Sequence record: X00774.1
Reading direction: 5' to 3' (one strand)
DNA: 261 nt
Source of the DNA: a phage
The translations under genes and the position numbers were made by a program. Under the pieces are notes generated by a model. The model was not told the DNA's origin. It ran no database searches and worked only from the letters and a program-made list of their open reading frames with translations. Positions 1 through 261 of the stretch are shown piece by piece (position 1 is the first letter of the stretch; every line of letters starts with the position of its first letter).

Positions 1-114
1 AACGCCGCTGAGCCTTTGCGTTACACCCTGCGTATTAAAGCAGGATTCAAAGAAACTGTAATGGATGCCGAGGAAAATGCTCGTCAGAAATTACGCGCAA
101 ATGGACTGAAGTGA
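1..114 (+). CDS. D: External scaffolding protein D, C-terminal portion (5'-partial; ORF enters from upstream of the window)
   Basis: Frame 1 is open from position 1 to TGA at 112-114 and translates to NAAEPLRYTLRIKAGFKETVMDAEENARQKLRANGLK*. From memory, the phiX174 protein D C-terminus is ...FTLRVRAGNTDVLTDAEENVRQKLRAEGVM*, which aligns closely (TLR-x-x-AG, DAEEN-x-RQKLRA). The position immediately upstream of J matches Bullavirinae gene order. Confidence 0.9.
   Translation, partial: NAAEPLRYTLRIKAGFKETVMDAEENARQKLRANGLK
2..61 (+). CDS. E: Lysis protein E, C-terminal portion (5'-partial), encoded in the +1 frame inside gene D
   Basis: Frame 2 is open from position 2 to TAA at 59-61 and translates to TPLSLCVTPCVLKQDSKKL*. 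In phiX174-like phages E lies in the +1 frame relative to D, as here. The P-L...PCV motif resembles my recollection of the phiX174 E C-terminal region (...PLNCSRLPCVYAQ...). The start codon is outside the window, and the E C-terminus is poorly conserved, so identity rests on frame, position and weak similarity. Confidence 0.55.
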   Translation, partial: TPLSLCVTPCVLKQDSKKL

Positions 115-115
115 T

Positions 116-190
116 ATGAAGAAAGCACGTCGTTCTCCTAGTCGTCGTAAAGGTGCTCGCCTCTGGTATGTAGGCGGTTCTCAGTTTTAA
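116..190 (+). CDS. J: Small basic DNA-binding/packaging protein J (complete, 24 aa, short alpha3-type)
   Basis: ATG at 116-118 to TAA at 188-190 translates to MKKARRSPSRRKGARLWYVGGSQF*. The C-terminal GARLWYVGG-QF matches the phiX174 J C-terminus (...KGARLWYVGGQQF). Eight of 24 residues are Lys/Arg and none are acidic. The gene sits between D and F as in all Bullavirinae. Its length matches the short alpha3/G4-type J (24-25 aa) rather than the 38-aa phiX174 J. Confidence 0.93.
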   Translation: MKKARRSPSRRKGARLWYVGGSQF

Positions 191-194
191 TTAT

Positions 195-210
195 GGCTTC
201 GGGGCCTTTT
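195..210 (+). terminator. J–F intergenic hairpin (GGC-UUCG-GGGCC) followed by a TTTT run; putative weak intrinsic terminator or mRNA-stabilising stem-loop
   Basis: GGCTTCGGGGCC (195-206) can pair G195-C206, G196-C205, C197-G204, or alternatively close a C(UUCG)G tetraloop at 197-202. TTTT follows at 207-210. It is positionally equivalent to the phiX174 post-J hairpin GGGGCTTCGGCCCC, which is a known inefficient terminator. The stem here is only about 3 bp, so function is uncertain. Confidence 0.45.
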
Positions 211-215
211 AAGGA
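211..215 (+). promoter_or_regulatory. Shine-Dalgarno sequence for gene F
   Basis: AAGGA at 211-215 lies 7 nt upstream of the F ATG at 223. The equivalent phiX174 element is GAGGA upstream of F. Confidence 0.65.
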
Positions 216-222
216 AATTCAA

Positions 223-261
223 ATGTCTAATGTACAAACTTCCGCTGAACGTGAAATTGTT
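223..261 (+). CDS. F: Major capsid protein F, N-terminal 13 codons (3'-partial; ORF continues past the window)
   Basis: ATG at 223-225, then the frame is open to the window end and translates to MSNVQTSAEREIV. The phiX174 F N-terminus is MSNIQTGAER..., and the nucleotide start ATGTCTAAT is shared. A Shine-Dalgarno precedes it and it lies directly after J, as expected. Confidence 0.9.
   Translation, partial: MSNVQTSAEREIV

Noticed and set aside
16-38. Possible sigma70 promoter: TTGCGT (16-21) and TATTAA (33-38) hexamers
   Set aside because: The spacer between them is only 11 nt, far from the required 16-18 nt. The region lies inside D/E coding sequence, and no phiX-family promoter is known at this position.
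107-109. TGA at 107-109 as the true E stop, giving a phiX174-length E
   Set aside because: The same frame contains an upstream TAA at 59-61, so an E ORF entering from upstream cannot reach 107-109 without readthrough. The 62-109 segment is better explained as a vestigial frame shaped by D codon conservation.
61-114. Internal in-frame ATG at 61-63 as a separate small ORF (MDAEENARQKLRANGLK)
   Set aside because: It is in the D frame and is simply an internal methionine of D. It has no upstream Shine-Dalgarno and is fully explained by the D C-terminus.
128-148. Tandem CGTCGT and GTCGTCGT short repeats
   Set aside because: These are the codon-level result of the consecutive arginine codons (RR at two places) in the highly basic J protein, not an independent repeat element.
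1-261. Reverse-strand coding potential
   Set aside because: Scanning the + strand for TTA/CTA/TCA (reverse-strand stops) leaves a longest stop-free stretch of about 47 codons between reverse stops at 47 and 191, in one reverse frame only, with no homology I recognise. Microviruses encode all genes on one strand, and the + strand frames are fully accounted for.

Overview
This window reads as the D/E–J–F junction of a phiX174-like microvirus (Microviridae, Bullavirinae), most likely an alpha3-like phage, identified by recall of phiX174-family sequences rather than any search. All genes are on the + strand. It holds the 3' end of external scaffolding gene D (frame 1, stop at 112-114), the 3' end of the overlapping lysis gene E (frame 2, stop at 59-61), a complete 24-codon DNA-packaging gene J (116-190), a short J–F intergenic spacer with a UUCG-loop hairpin plus T-run and a Shine-Dalgarno, and the first 13 codons of major capsid gene F (223-261). 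I see no evidence of an undescribed biological system; this is a well-characterised, densely packed phage morphogenesis region. The points worth a second look are variations on the phiX174 archetype: the short J, the early E stop, a degenerate hairpin and a non-overlapping D/J junction.
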